64,000 bases of DNA from Amphiscolops sp. MND2022 (lineage: Eukaryota). The stretch covers positions 86,490,001 through 86,554,000 of the forward strand of contig OZ076410.1 in assembly GCA_964187785.1 (NCBI GenBank). The letters are read 5' to 3'. Below are positions 50,257 through 62,800 of this stretch, piece after piece (positions within the stretch are counted from its first letter, which is position 1; each line of letters opens with the position of its first letter). The position numbers and the translations under genes were made by a program. Under the pieces are notes generated by a model that was given only the letters and a program-made list of their open reading frames with translations, had not been told where the DNA came from and ran no database searches.

Positions 50257-53200
50257 ATTGCAGTTTTTTCATACGACAAACGGAACAATCTGAGTGGGGG
50301 TGTTGTGGAAAAAAACTTGAGATCTCTCTCTCAAATTTCTTGAGGTAATAAACTTAAACTTTTATGTTATTAATAGTTCAAAACCGAGAAGAAAAAACTG
50401 ACCTGATATGTTAGCAAACTTCAAGTTGTTCGAGCAAGGAATTAAATGATGGTGCTGCTGACTCGAATTTTTTGTTGATGTTTAACCTTTCGATTTCAAC
50501 CTGTCGAATGATTTGTAACTATCAATCATCTGACTCTGAACTTTGACCTCAAAATTTCATCTGGAAATGATTCTGAAGTTCATGAATATTGCATTGAAGT
50601 ATTACATTTATTCATGGTGGTGTGATGGAAAATTCCTTCCAGAATATTCAATTGTAAAAGTTAAGGAAATGCCCATCCGACTTCTTCCAAAGATCCTCAC
50701 CTTTAACAAACGTCGTGTTTATTTTTTGGAGAATAAATACCCGGTGCTTTCCACAATTTCACACAGTGCTCATCAACTGAAATAACCTTCCAATCTAATA
50801 GTCAAATTAACTCCTTTTTCTAGTTGTCTTTCTAAACGAAAGTCTTCACTGCTCAGCCAAGTCCTAGCCTGATCAAAACAATTAAACTAGTCAAAATCTG
50901 AGTTTAGTTTTTTTAGGATAAATTTGTATTGAAAAACGATATAAGTATAGTTTTCAGATCGTGAATAATTCTGATGAATCATGTCAATGGTTTATATTTT
51001 TTCTCTGATATGAATGAAATTATTTTCTTTGAAAGTGAATATGCCCTTGATAATTCTATTCCTTAAAATGATTGTTTTGAATACTCCTCAAAATGTTTAG
51101 CTACAATCAACAACAATGTTTCAAACACTTCAATCGGTTTCCCAAAAGAAGATGCATATATTTATCTACAGAATTCTTACTTGTCATATGACTTTGAAAT
51201 TCCTTAAAGTGATCACGCACGCTACGTAGACAACGATCTATTAGAATTGGTTAATTTTGGGACTTGCTTTAGTTAGTGAAACCATACTGGTGACAACTTC
51301 AGGCGAGCATCTAGAGAAAGGTGAAAACCTGCACCCGGTATGTTTAATAACCAAGCTTCTCACCACCAACCAACAAACAAGCCAACTAATATACGGATTT
51401 AAAGAGTCAGAAAACACTAGGCGACTAGTATTAACAAACCATAAAGTAGAAGAGGAACATTTCGGAGGGAATTTAATTAAAAGAATTGTTTGGATTTGCT
51501 TATGAAGAAAAAATTTCATAAATTTCATAAATCAAACATCAAGTGATGTTCAGCAAACTCCTCAGGTCGTGAAACCAAAAATCAAAGTACCCAGTCAATT
51601 GAAACTAACTACAAAGAACAAAAATGTAATCCCGGGAATATGGGTTTACAAAGTCAAACTAAAGCCGACGGAAGCCTTGAAAAATACAAGGCGCTTTATG
51701 TGGATAAAGGTTTTAAGCAAATTGAAGGCTTAGACTTTTCTGAAACGTTTGCTCCAACGAACAAACCAGAATCTCTTTGAATCATTCTTTCGTTAGCAAC
51801 GAAAGAAAATTTTGGATGTAAAACTAAGGCAAATGGATGTAAAATCAGCCTACTTACATCAAAAAATCAAAGTAGAGATATACCTCGTGCAACCGACTGG
51901 TTTCGATGAAACAGACAGCTCGGGAAACAAGCTTGTCTGTAAACTGAACAAGTCAATGTACGGACTGAAGCAGGGCGCTAAAAGTTGGTATGAGGAGTTA
52001 GCGAACTTACTCATAAATCAAAAATTTTGCCGTAGCAAAAATCACCACTGTCTTTTCATTAAAAAACAAGACAAAAGAAAGTTGTATGTTCTAAGTTGGG
52101 TAGATGATCTAGTGATAGCAGGTAGCAACGATGGGGACATGAAAGAGTTAAAAAACTCTTGAAAGAAAATTCAAGATGGACGATCGATGAAAACTCGAAT
52201 GGTTCCGAGGCATGCAAATAAGTCAGGGAAAAGACAAAATATCTCTTGACCAGGAAACATGTTTTGAAAGCGTCATAGAGAAATTTAGCATGCGAGTTAG
52301 CAATCCTTCGAAAACGCCAGCAGAGAACAACTTGAGAGTAGTTAAGTCTTTTGAGAGTGAAGCATCGGTTAATGAGAGGATCTACAGAAGTTTGGTAGGC
52401 TCCTTACTATAAATAGTCAAGCAAACTAGGCCAGATATAGTTTGGATGGTCAATGTGCTCTCTCGATTCATGGACAAACCAACTAACACTCACTGACTGG
52501 CAAACGTGTCCTCCGCTATCTTCAAGCCACGAAGTCACTCAAACTGGTCTACTCACGAGACAGTGACTCCAATCTACATGGAGAAAGTGATGCAGACTGG
52601 AGTGGCGACCATGATGACAGACGTTTGACCACTGGCTACTTTTTCAAGCTTGGATCAAGTGGGGGAGCAGTAAGCTGGCAAACTAAGAAGCAGCAGGCAG
52701 TGGCACTATCATCATGTGGAGCAGGACATCAAGGTCTAGCTGCTGCAGTGCAAGAAGCATCTTTCTTGCGATCACTCTTGTATGAAGTGGGTTATGAGCA
52801 ATCACAGCCAACCATCATTGGGGAAGACAATCAGAGTTGCATCAAGTTGGCAACTAACCCTGTGATGCACGAGCGATCAAAACATATTGATACGAAGTTT
52901 CACTTCATACGGGAGAAAGTTGATGACAATTCAATTCAACTAGTCTATACGCCAACTGATCATCTGGCAAAAGATCTGTTGACAAAAGAACATCCACAAG
53001 TTAAAGTCGAGTTAATTGCGTAAATTGCAGTTTTTTCATACGACAAACGGAACAATCTGAGTGGGGGTGTTGTGGAAAAAAACTTGAGATCTCTCTCTCA
53101 AATTTCTTGAGGTAATAAACTTAAACTTTTATGTTATTAATAGTTCAAAACCGAGAAGAAAAAACTGACCTGATATGTTAGCAAACTTCAAGTTGTTCGA

Positions 53201-54282
53201 GCAAGGAATTAAATGATGGTGCTGCTGACTCGAATTTTTTGTTGATGTTTAACCTTTCGATTTCAACCTGTCGAATGATTTGTAACTATCAATCATCTGA
53301 CTCTGAACTTTGACCTCAAAATTTCATCTGGAAATGATTCTGAAGTTCATGAATATTGCATTGAAGTATTACATTTATTCATGGTGGTGTGATGGAAAAT
53401 TCCTTCCAGAATATTCAATTGTAAAAGTTAAGGAAATGCCCATCCGACTTCTTCCAAAGATCCTCACCTTTAACAAACGTCGTGTTTATTTTTTGGAGAA
53501 TAAATACCCGGTGCTTTCCACAATTTCACACAGTGCTCATCAACTGAAATAACCTTCCAATCTAATAGTCAAATTAACTCCTTTTTCTAGTTGTCTTTCT
53601 AAACGAAAGTCTTCACTGCTCAGCCAAGTCCTAGCCTGATCAAAACAATTAAACTAGTCAAAATCTGAGTTTAGTTTTTTTAGGATAAATTTGTATTGAA
53701 AAACGATATAAGTATAGTTTTCAGATCGTGAATAATTCTGATGAATCATGTCAATGGTTTATATTTTTTCTCTGATATGAAAGAAATTATTTTCTTTGAA
53801 AGTGAATATGCCCTTGATAATTCTATTCCTTAAAATGATTGTTTTGAATACTCCTCAAAATGTTTAGCTACAATCAACAACAATGTTTCAAACACTTCAA
53901 TCGGTTTCCCAAAAGAAGATGCATATATTAATCTACAGAATTCTTACTTGTCATATGACTTTGAAGTTCCTTAAAGTGATCACGCACGCTACGTAGACAA
54001 CGATCTATTAGAATTGGTTAATTTTGGGACTTGCTTTAGTTAGTGAAACCATACTGGTGACAACTTCAGGCGAGCATCTAAAGAAAGGTGAAAACCTGCA
54101 CCCGGTATGTTTAATAATCAAGCTTCTCACCACCAACCAACAAACAAGCCAACTAATATACGGATTTAAAGAGTCAGAAAACACTAGGCGACTAGTATTA
54201 ACAAACCATAAAGTAGAAGAGGAACATTTCGGAGGGAATTTAATTAAAAGAATTGTTTGGATTTGCTTATGAAGAAAAAATT
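48764..54282. repeat. 2767-bp-period tandem duplication (48764-51515, 15-nt insert, 51531-54282): copia-2 RT-RH-3'LTR + Polinton capsid 5' part
   Basis: Paired ORFs 49045/51812, 49858/52625 and 50543/53310. Extra LTR at 53068-53642. Confidence 0.95.
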
Positions 54283-55010
54283 ACTTCTGGATTGGACTAT
54301 ACCAAAACACTAAAACGTAATAATAATAACGACCCTATTAGTCGTGACAACGGGGTAGATGCAGCAAAGGTAGATATAAAAGATATTGGCTGGTATATTC
54401 CACACTATGTTCCTTTCATGGAAGACAAGCAGCTTGTGATGAAACACATATTAGATAAAGACCCAACTGATTTGTACTACACTGAGTGAACTGAGTATAG
54501 AAAAGATGGTAATACTATTGATAAATGGCCATTTGAATTAGGAATTAGTGTAGAATTGACAATAAAATTTGTCATATTTGGATTTCAAGCTAGAAATAAC
54601 AATGATTCACAATTACATAACAACTCAACATTTGATCGGTTACGCATAGTATTGCTGTTTGTAAGACAGGATCAGAAAAAAGGCCCGATGCTTGAATAGA
54701 ATGTGATTACGATAGAGATAAAAAAGATCAGCACACCACGAAATCGAGAATGTTTATAACCTCGACGCCGAAACCAACCTACTTATTCCGTTTATTAGTT
54801 TGCAAGAATTCCGAACAGATTATACGTTCTACGTAGTTGACCTAAGTAAGCATAAACCAGCCATAGCATCTCAACTTATTACATTAGAATTTAAATTTAG
54901 CGCTGCTATTGGTGTAGCAGAATACACAGCGTATGCGCTCGTTCTAACATCTAAATTATTAAGTATTAATAGTGATGGGCAAAGACATTCTGATCTTTTA
55001 CAGACAAAAA
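53777..55010 (+). pseudogene. Polinton major capsid protein (double jelly-roll); 5' part duplicated at 51010-51515
   Basis: N-terminal EYALDNSIP. VDIKDIGWYIPHYVP. C-terminal FYVVDLSKHK…ITLEFKF…YTAYALVLTSKLLSINSDGQR. Confidence 0.75.
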
Positions 55011-55154
55011 AATATTATATATTCATAACATCAAAAAAAATATTTAAAAAAAAACTTTGCTCGATCACTTATTAATTTCACACGTTGTTGATGTGTTAGA
55101 TGTTTTTTAAATACCAAGTGCTTATAAAAATTTCTTCCTCTGTTTTGTTTTGAG

Positions 55155-58120
55155 TTATTTTTTTTCATACAATTGTATTAAATTCAAACAAAGCAAGCGA
55201 GGACAATCGCCTTTTGGTGTGTGTTTATCCTTTGGTAAACGTTTTATACTTGTAAGATACATACGCTTATCGTCAAAAGGATTCAAGGCCAGTTTGTTTT
55301 TTTCTTCTACAGTTAATTGATGTAAGTTGGATCGAATAGAATAATTTGTAGCTAGGCTTGTTTCAGAAATAATCAAACACCGTATGTAATGTTCACACTC
55401 CGGACTTTCTTGTATCACTTTTTGTTTTGCTTTTTGTGCATTCGAATATGAAAAGAAAACGACTTTGATAGTAAAGCTGTGAACATGTCAAGTTCTAATA
55501 CTCGACTAATTCCCACATTTTTTTCCTATAACTTTCTTTACTAGTATTGTACAGTTCACGGCTTGGGGGTAGTTCACTGAAAACAAATTCATTTCCCGTT
55601 TGTATCAAGACTTAACGCAAAGCTATCAGTGCCCATGTAGTGCAGGTGAATGTTTTGTTTCCAGTATTGTTGTAAAATATGAAAATAGAAATCTTACATT
55701 AATAACTTACCTGATTCTAGTACTGTAAAACCTAAATAAAATGGTTCATACACTAAACGTAGAATGTAGAATACCACTTAACAATGCATTTAAAACCAAA
55801 TTTCGATTATCTTTTTGTTATACGTTCTTTTTCATATCTTCCACCGTGGACATTTTCTATAGTTTTCCCATAAAACGAATTGTTCCGTAATGTAAACTTT
55901 TTTCCACGGTTTTTTGTTGGGTATTACGATCTATATATCCCCCTAAACAATTCTTTTCCTTGAATCGATATACCGAATTGATCTTGGTAAATTTCTTCCC
56001 CAAGTTGATCTTAAACTTGAACATACGGTAATGCATCGTGTATTTATATTTGTTTTTTAGGTCTAAAACTAACTTCGAGGTGGGTGTGTAATTCGGATGT
56101 TTAACAGAATTCATAAAATCTGAGAACAATTCAGAACTTGCTATAACTTGATATGGGCATAAAGGTAGAATTTTTATGGTTAGTTTGATGGTTAAGTTTT
56201 CACATCAGATTTTCGAATTCACCAGTAAGTAAAACCTGGCTCATTGTCCATCCGTACAAGTTATTGGCGTGTATATATAATATTTGCTATTTGGGCCTGA
56301 CTCGACATACCTGTCACCTAGTATTGTAGTTATTGCGCCGAGGATATTGTTTTCAAGTATTGACAGAAAGTGTTTATCTTTCAGGTAACCTAGTACGGCA
56401 TTAGTGTCTTTTAAACCTGACTTCCGGGTTTATCCCGGTACTGAATATCCATACAATGGATTTATTTTGTACTCTAGTGCAGATTTACTTCTAAAATTTT
56501 CAAAAACGTCCGCCAATAAATCAATGTCAAGTTTTAGATTGAACATAGGTAATTCTTGACCAGTTTCCCTTTTATATTTCATAAATATTTCATTAATTCT
56601 TTCTGTGTATTTGCAGAAGGATATGATTGAGTTAGTGTTGACCAGTAATCTTTTTAGTTAGGTTCAATGGTTCTTGGAAGTTACTAAGGTTCAATTTCTC
56701 ATGTGGGTAAGCTACTTTTTGGTTTATTACTTCAGCGTTTAAGTTGAGTAAATCCATAATCTTGAACTCGTTCAGTACGTTTTTACTAACTAATCTAAAT
56801 TAGCACCAAGGAATATATAGAAATCTAAAAACCTCAAACAACCCTCTTCTACGGATATATGATTTTCCATTGACTTAGGTAATAGTTTTATAATATATCC
56901 CCGCTTGTTTGCTTTAGTTAGGAGGGTTTCAATTATCAAATGACAATCCTAACTACTAAAATTGTGGAAAAAGATAGGGACGAAGTTTTTTGTTTACAAT
57001 TCAAGTTACATTTAATACAAGCTGCTCCTCGGTATTTGCACGTAAATGATCATGATCTCTATCTTTATCTTGTACTAGTTTTTCACACAGCCAGCACTTC
57101 TCGGAAAGTTGAAATTGGTCTTCTTTTCGGAGGAAATTTGTATTTCTAAGTTTTTTTCAAGTTTGTTGTAAAGTACTCACTAGATATTGTTTGTCATTCT
57201 AACTTTTGATTACCAAACCAATTTACACAATCTACTCCGAAACTAGACTTATATTCTTTTCCAAATGTTTGTATTTTTGTTATTAGATAATAGTGATTTC
57301 CACACAATAACAAATCAGTTTGTGGTTGATCATAGTTTCTGTTAATATGAGCTGGTACTAATATAGTTCTTTCAAGTTCAAAGACATTAATGTTCAAGTT
57401 ATCAGGTTTTTCAAACTTGGGAATATTTTAGCTTTTATAGGGAATTCTACGTTTTTTTGTGTTGAGGCGTTGAGTGTGTGTATGAATATGCATTGAATAC
57501 TTTGATGTTCTTTGTTCGTTCTTGTCAACTGGAACTTTGTAGGCTTATTTACACCAAAACACGAAGAGATCATTACTTTGTATATTTATAATTGACTAAT
57601 TCTTTTATAATTTTCTGGTAACTCAATGTATGAAGAAGCTTTCATAAGATTGACTTTGTATATCTCTGACACGAGGTGTTTATTACCTTGAAACACAAAA
57701 CCGGATCTTTCTTTTTGGATGTGGCCAAACTTGGCCATTAGTAATTGATGAACATCTTGATCGATGTGATCGTAAATAATTTATGAATTTATCCATTTGA
57801 GCAATTAATGCCTTCTCGATTGATCTGTTTTGTAAACTTAGCTAAATAACCTAATTGAAATATATATCGGGGGAAGTACCTGTTACTGAACAAATCAATA
57901 GTCTGTTCGTTGAGAATTTCAGTCGATTTTATTTTCAATTCTAGGTTTGTTTTTGCATTAACAATTATTACTACTTCTTGACCTTTCAAGATGTGAATTT
58001 CATATTCGAAACGTCTTGTTTTGTCAGATATATATTAACCACAATCATCACACAAATTATGTTGTTCTTTAGTGCGTTGTTTATGTTAATCCGAACTTAG
58101 ATGAGAATTTTCATCTGACA
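55155..58120 (-). pseudogene. Polinton protein-primed family B DNA polymerase (pPolB)
   Basis: Motif A YI(H)ANNLYGWTMSQ (~56260), motif B LRNNSFYGKTIENV (~55870), motif C HYM(G)TDSF (~55635), C-terminal KLALNPFDDKR. Confidence 0.9.
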
Positions 58121-58269
58121 GAGGCAAAAATAAAATGAAATTTTAAATTGATAATATTGGTTTATTCATTCTAATTGTTTCTTTAATTTTAGATGATCAG
58201 ACTTTTTAAATTCAGAATTACAAATTCATAAAACTCCTCTATTTGTAAAGAAAAACTTCTCAGCAGTGA

Positions 58270-58920
58270 CTCTCGAGAAAAAAGAAGAAACCCCTGTTTT
58301 CACACCTGTTTTTAAAACTAATCCGGATTGGATTCGAGTAGTGAAAAAATCGTTAAACAGAAAATATATGTTTCAATGTTATCTATAACTTTGGTCCTAT
58401 GAGTCGGTGTAGTAGGGTGACTCAGTTTCGATAAATTTAAGAAAACCCATTTTTCACACCTGATTCATCACCTGGTAGTCAATGGGACTTTAGTAACAAC
58501 ATGAAAATTCGTGGGTAGACTTATTTTCTGATACCCTACATTTTGATCCTATGAGTCATCACGCTAAAATGACGATTGAGCAAATTCCTTTGATCTGGTA
58601 AGATTCAAGATCAACCCTGATCTCAACACCTGTTTGGGTCACATACTAATTGAGTATACCATAATGTTGGTCGTATATTAGAGTGGACCTAATTTACAAC
58701 TGTTACTAGTTTTACTCCAACAATTTTCAAGGAAAATGAGAAAAACAACTTTTCACACATGTTTTGGCAGGTGCTCGTTGCTTGGTTCAAGCTACAGAAA
58801 ACTAAATTTGAAAAAAGTGTATCTTGTTGATGTAGACAACTTTGATCTTCTGTGTCATTGCGAGGGGATGAGTCAGTTTCGTGAAAAATGAAAAAACCGC
58901 ATTTTTCACACCTGTTTGGG
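58270..58920. repeat. About 150-bp degenerate tandem repeat, ~5 units
   Basis: CACACCTG-like anchor at 58301, 58455, 58625, 58754 and 58907. TTTG(G/A)TCCTATGAGTC recurs. Confidence 0.7.
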
Positions 58921-59280
58921 CACATGTTTATTACTGAGCCAATTGTATTACAGAACACAAAAAGTTTCTGTGTAACTTTTGGTTGTCTACAACTTTTGTT
59001 ACCAAAAATTTTCTCCATATTGATCTCCCGTTGAGATATTAGGCAAATAATATTTTCCCATTAATTAAGATTGGGAATAAAAAGTTTACATACTTAGATT
59101 TTTCATATACTATAATTTCTACTTATAGTAATTGAACTCTGTGTTTTATTTCATGTAATAAGATTGGCTATAAAACTTTTCATATATGGATTTTTCAGAT
59201 ACTCTAGTACCTACTTTTTGCATTCTCATTTGAGTTTCTCAATATATGGTGTTTTTAGATACTATAGTATCTATATTTTG

Positions 59281-59390
59281 CATTCTCAACTTTGTTTTTA
59301 CTGTATGCTGTATTTTTAGATACTACAGAAATCTACATTCTCAACTTTGTTTTTACTGTATGCTGTATTTTTAGATACTACAGAAATCTA
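59281..59390. repeat. 2 x 55-bp exact tandem repeat within a degenerate minisatellite (~59190-59470)
   Basis: CATTCTCAACTTTGTTTTTACTGTATGCTGTATTTTTAGATACTACAGAAATCTA twice. Confidence 0.9.
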
Positions 59391-59665
59391 CATTTTGCAT
59401 TCTCACCTAATGGCTACTACTGGTTCTGGTTTATACTACATATGGTGTTTTTAGATACTATAGTATCTACTGAACGATTTTGTGTTCTCAAATCATATTG
59501 AATGTCACCAGAACTGAAATATATGGTGCACAGCCAAATAAAAAAACTGATTTTAGTAAAACTTACTGTGCGCCGTTAATCTCGTAAACTGCATCAAAAG
59601 TTTGAAGAAATAAATAAACCCAAAAGTCAAAGTTTGATGACTTTCTCCTTCTTTTGTCCTGCTAC

Positions 59666-59764
59666 AGGAATAACTGTACGCCCAGGAAAATTCAGGAATA
59701 AATGTATGCCCAGAAAAATCCAGGAAAAATTGTACGCACAAGAATATCCAGGAATAATGGTACG
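59666..59764. repeat. About 28-bp tandem repeat x3-4 (CAGGAATAANTGTACGCCCAGGAAAATT)
   Basis: Seen directly. Confidence 0.75.
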
Positions 59765-59889
59765 ACCAAAAATACTCCGGAGAGAATAATCGTAATGGAA
59801 TATTGGTTACATACAGGTACTGAAAAAGAACGAAAATTGATATCTGTTTTACGCAAGTTTTTTATCTATGGGTTGAAAATTTGATTGGT

Positions 59890-62800
59890 GGTTATTCATC
59901 GAAATCTTGTGTTACCACTTTGATGCTCATAACTCGGTTTTTGAAATTTTTCTCTTCCTATCCTATCTTCCATACAAAACCTTTTTTTGGTTGCAAAAAT
60001 GGCCTTTATTTGATGATTACCTTGAAAATGTACCTATTTCAACAGTTTATCTGGTCCGTATCGGCATTTTCCGAACTACTCACTCCAGCACTCCTCAACA
60101 ATCCTTATACTGACTCCAATCAAGACACTCTGTCTTTCACAACCAAATGATTCCGAAACACCTTTTGAACGATTTAAGCCACACACGTTTATTAAAACTA
60201 TTGCACAAAACCCAACAGATTTACAATCCCCTCCTCCTTATCAAAATATTCCTGATTCCACCTCTATAAATGATAACTTCGAGAATACATTTGACTCAAT
60301 GGGGTCTGATTTTGGAATGCTTCAACGTCCTATTTATTATTCCACCTCCTCTAGCTCACCCTCTTTTCCTCAACCCTAAGCCCGTGTTGCGGACTCTCCC
60401 AATATCTCTTTTGAATCCTCATCAGATTCACAAACTTTACCCACTTATATTCGAGCTCCTCAATCGCCATATATTTTACGCCCTCTTCCACCGAATGACT
60501 ACCAAAACTCGAATCGTAATATTAGCTTCCCTAATTTTTAGTTCACTCCTTAATTACATTACCTTGACAGACTCTACTGGAATTGTCTCTTGTCTAGACA
60601 CCTAATTGTGTCTGACACCTGACGTTCACAATCTAATGATTAGCCATCCCTCTGAATACTTTCTGCTAATTTTGATCAAACCATTTGACCGAACAGTCGG
60701 TTAATCAACAAGGCTAATAACATCTCCAACTTTCTTCTGTGAATCTATCACCAATTGATGACGTAATAATTGAACATACTAACTCACGATCAATCACTAC
60801 TGTTTCCTAAACGACTTCTCCTGTTTCCATTCTGGGTCCTCCTGTTCCTTTATCCTCTTGTTCAACAGACTCCTAGTTCTGTTTCTTCCTCGGTTTCCAC
60901 CGATACGATTAACTCCTCTCAAACCACTTCTTTCATCTTACAACGTCCCTTTTACACCCTATACCTACTACTCCTTCTTCAAACACTACTCCTACTATAA
61001 CTGCTAAACACTCTCCTAAAACAACTCCTTTCTGAACTACAACACCAAACCTCTCTAACTTTTCCTCTTACCGATACTGAGGTTCCTTTAACTGCATTTG
61101 ATAAAACACCCACTCATTCTCTTCCTCCCCTCCCTCATTATTCTGATCATAGTGATGTTGACCCAGCACTCCTCCGGAATATTAACAAACCCGTACCTCG
61201 CAAATCAATATTCATCCCTTCTCTATTAAAGGTCGTCATAAACACTCTCAATTTGACCTTTCACTTCAACTTCCCAAATCCTTGTACTCAAATTCAACCT
61301 CAATCTTCGTTTCCACCCCGTAACCCTTCAAAAATCCCTGTTCTTGAATCTTTTGGCAGTCTCAGTGAAAAATACGCCCTAAGTGACGTTGACTCTACTA
61401 CCTTTTCTCTCATCTATCCCCTTCTCCCTCCTTCTAACTCCGCTTCTAAACATACCACTCCCACCATAGATAGTCTCTTAGAAACCTCTTGCGAATCCCT
61501 TAGTCGAAAACCCCTACGTCATAGATATAACCTTCGTCATAATCGTAACCCTACACCTTCTCTTGCAAGTACTAACTCCTCTTTATCGAGTCATCACGCT
61601 CAATCTCTTTCTTCTGAGTCTTTTTCCTAACACGAAAATATTCAAATTTTTGTTGTAGACCTTGCTTTGTCCCAACGCTCCTCCATTTCTTCTTCCTTTA
61701 GTCATGCCGGACGTCTTTTTTCTCGACCCACTTCCCAAAAACCTTGTGTTCTTTCTTCTGACAATCATCTTCTCAATATTGATCTTACACCTGATCAAAA
61801 CTCTACTCCTCCTATACCCAATCGTGTTGACTGTCCTTTAATTCTCAACGATAACCCCGTTTCTAGTCCTCGTCAAGATCATCGGTTTTTATGTCTTGCC
61901 ACTCACAAAAAAGTCTAATATTCATTTTTCAGACGAACGTCGTCGTAAAGAATTTTAAAGACTCAACACTACTAACCTTGAAATTAACTTTGAGATCAAT
62001 GCTAAACTTCATAACTTAAGCCCTCGCCCAATTCTTTCTCATACTTCTGTAAATTATAAATCTCTGTCACATCCCTTTAATGCAATCAACATTAATCTCT
62101 TTGTTAGTGACCATCATCCTTCACTTCTTCCGGTCGGTTCTATCACGTTTCTTAACACACGCACATTTTTTAAATACAGTGCCCAATTTTATCCCCTCTC
62201 CTGGTTAAATCTCAATCTCAACACTATTTTTTCTTCCTACTCCCTAAACATTTTGTTCTTCTCACAACATAACCTCCGTCAATTTAGCTTAACTCGAAAA
62301 CAATCTTGTGCTCATGCCCCTCCCTCTTTAGATAGCACTCGTGCTATCGCTAAAGTTTTTGTTCAAGCTAAAGCTAAAGGCCGCGAAGCTTGGGCCTGCG
62401 AAGTTTATGTTAATCCCGGAAATGAATACTGTCGCCATGATCGTACTGATTATCATCAGAATACCACTATTCGTCACTTAAATGAAACNNNNNNNNNNNN
62501 NNNNNNNNNNNNNNNNNNNNNNNNNNNNNNNNNNNNNNNNNNNNNNNNNNNNNNNNNNNNNNNNNNNNNNNNNNNNNNNNNNNNNNNNNNNNNNNNNNNN
62601 NNNNNNNNNNNNNNNNNNNNNNNNNNNNNNNNNNNNNNNNNNNNNNNNNNNNNNNNNNNNNNNNNNNNNNNNNNNNNNNNNNNNNNNNTTCACACACAAA
62701 ATTCACTTCACCTTTCTCCTACTATTCTTACTACTCTTTAAATCACCACTCTATTATCGGTACAATTCGTAACTAAGATCATGTCAAACAGTATTTTATT

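Larger units (their letters stand above)
45420..50875 (+). mobile_element. Full-length Ty1/copia element 2 (decayed)
   Basis: 5' LTR ~45420-45984, PBS GGTTATGGGCCCAG, PPT GAGTGGGGG at 50292-50300, and 3' LTR 50301-50875 (TGTTG…TCA). Confidence 0.93.
37150..58120. mobile_element. Endogenous Polinton/Maverick (adintovirus-like), decayed and split by two copia insertions
   Basis: Five core genes recognisable: protease, penton, integrase, major capsid and pPolB. No TIRs or packaging ATPase found. Confidence 0.85.

Noticed and set aside
59190-59764. CRISPR-like arrays (55-bp and 28-bp repeats)
   Set aside because: Contiguous repeats without unique spacers, no cas genes, eukaryotic context.
62253-62772. 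ORFs running through the N stretch
   Set aside because: Artefacts of translating the 200-N gap.
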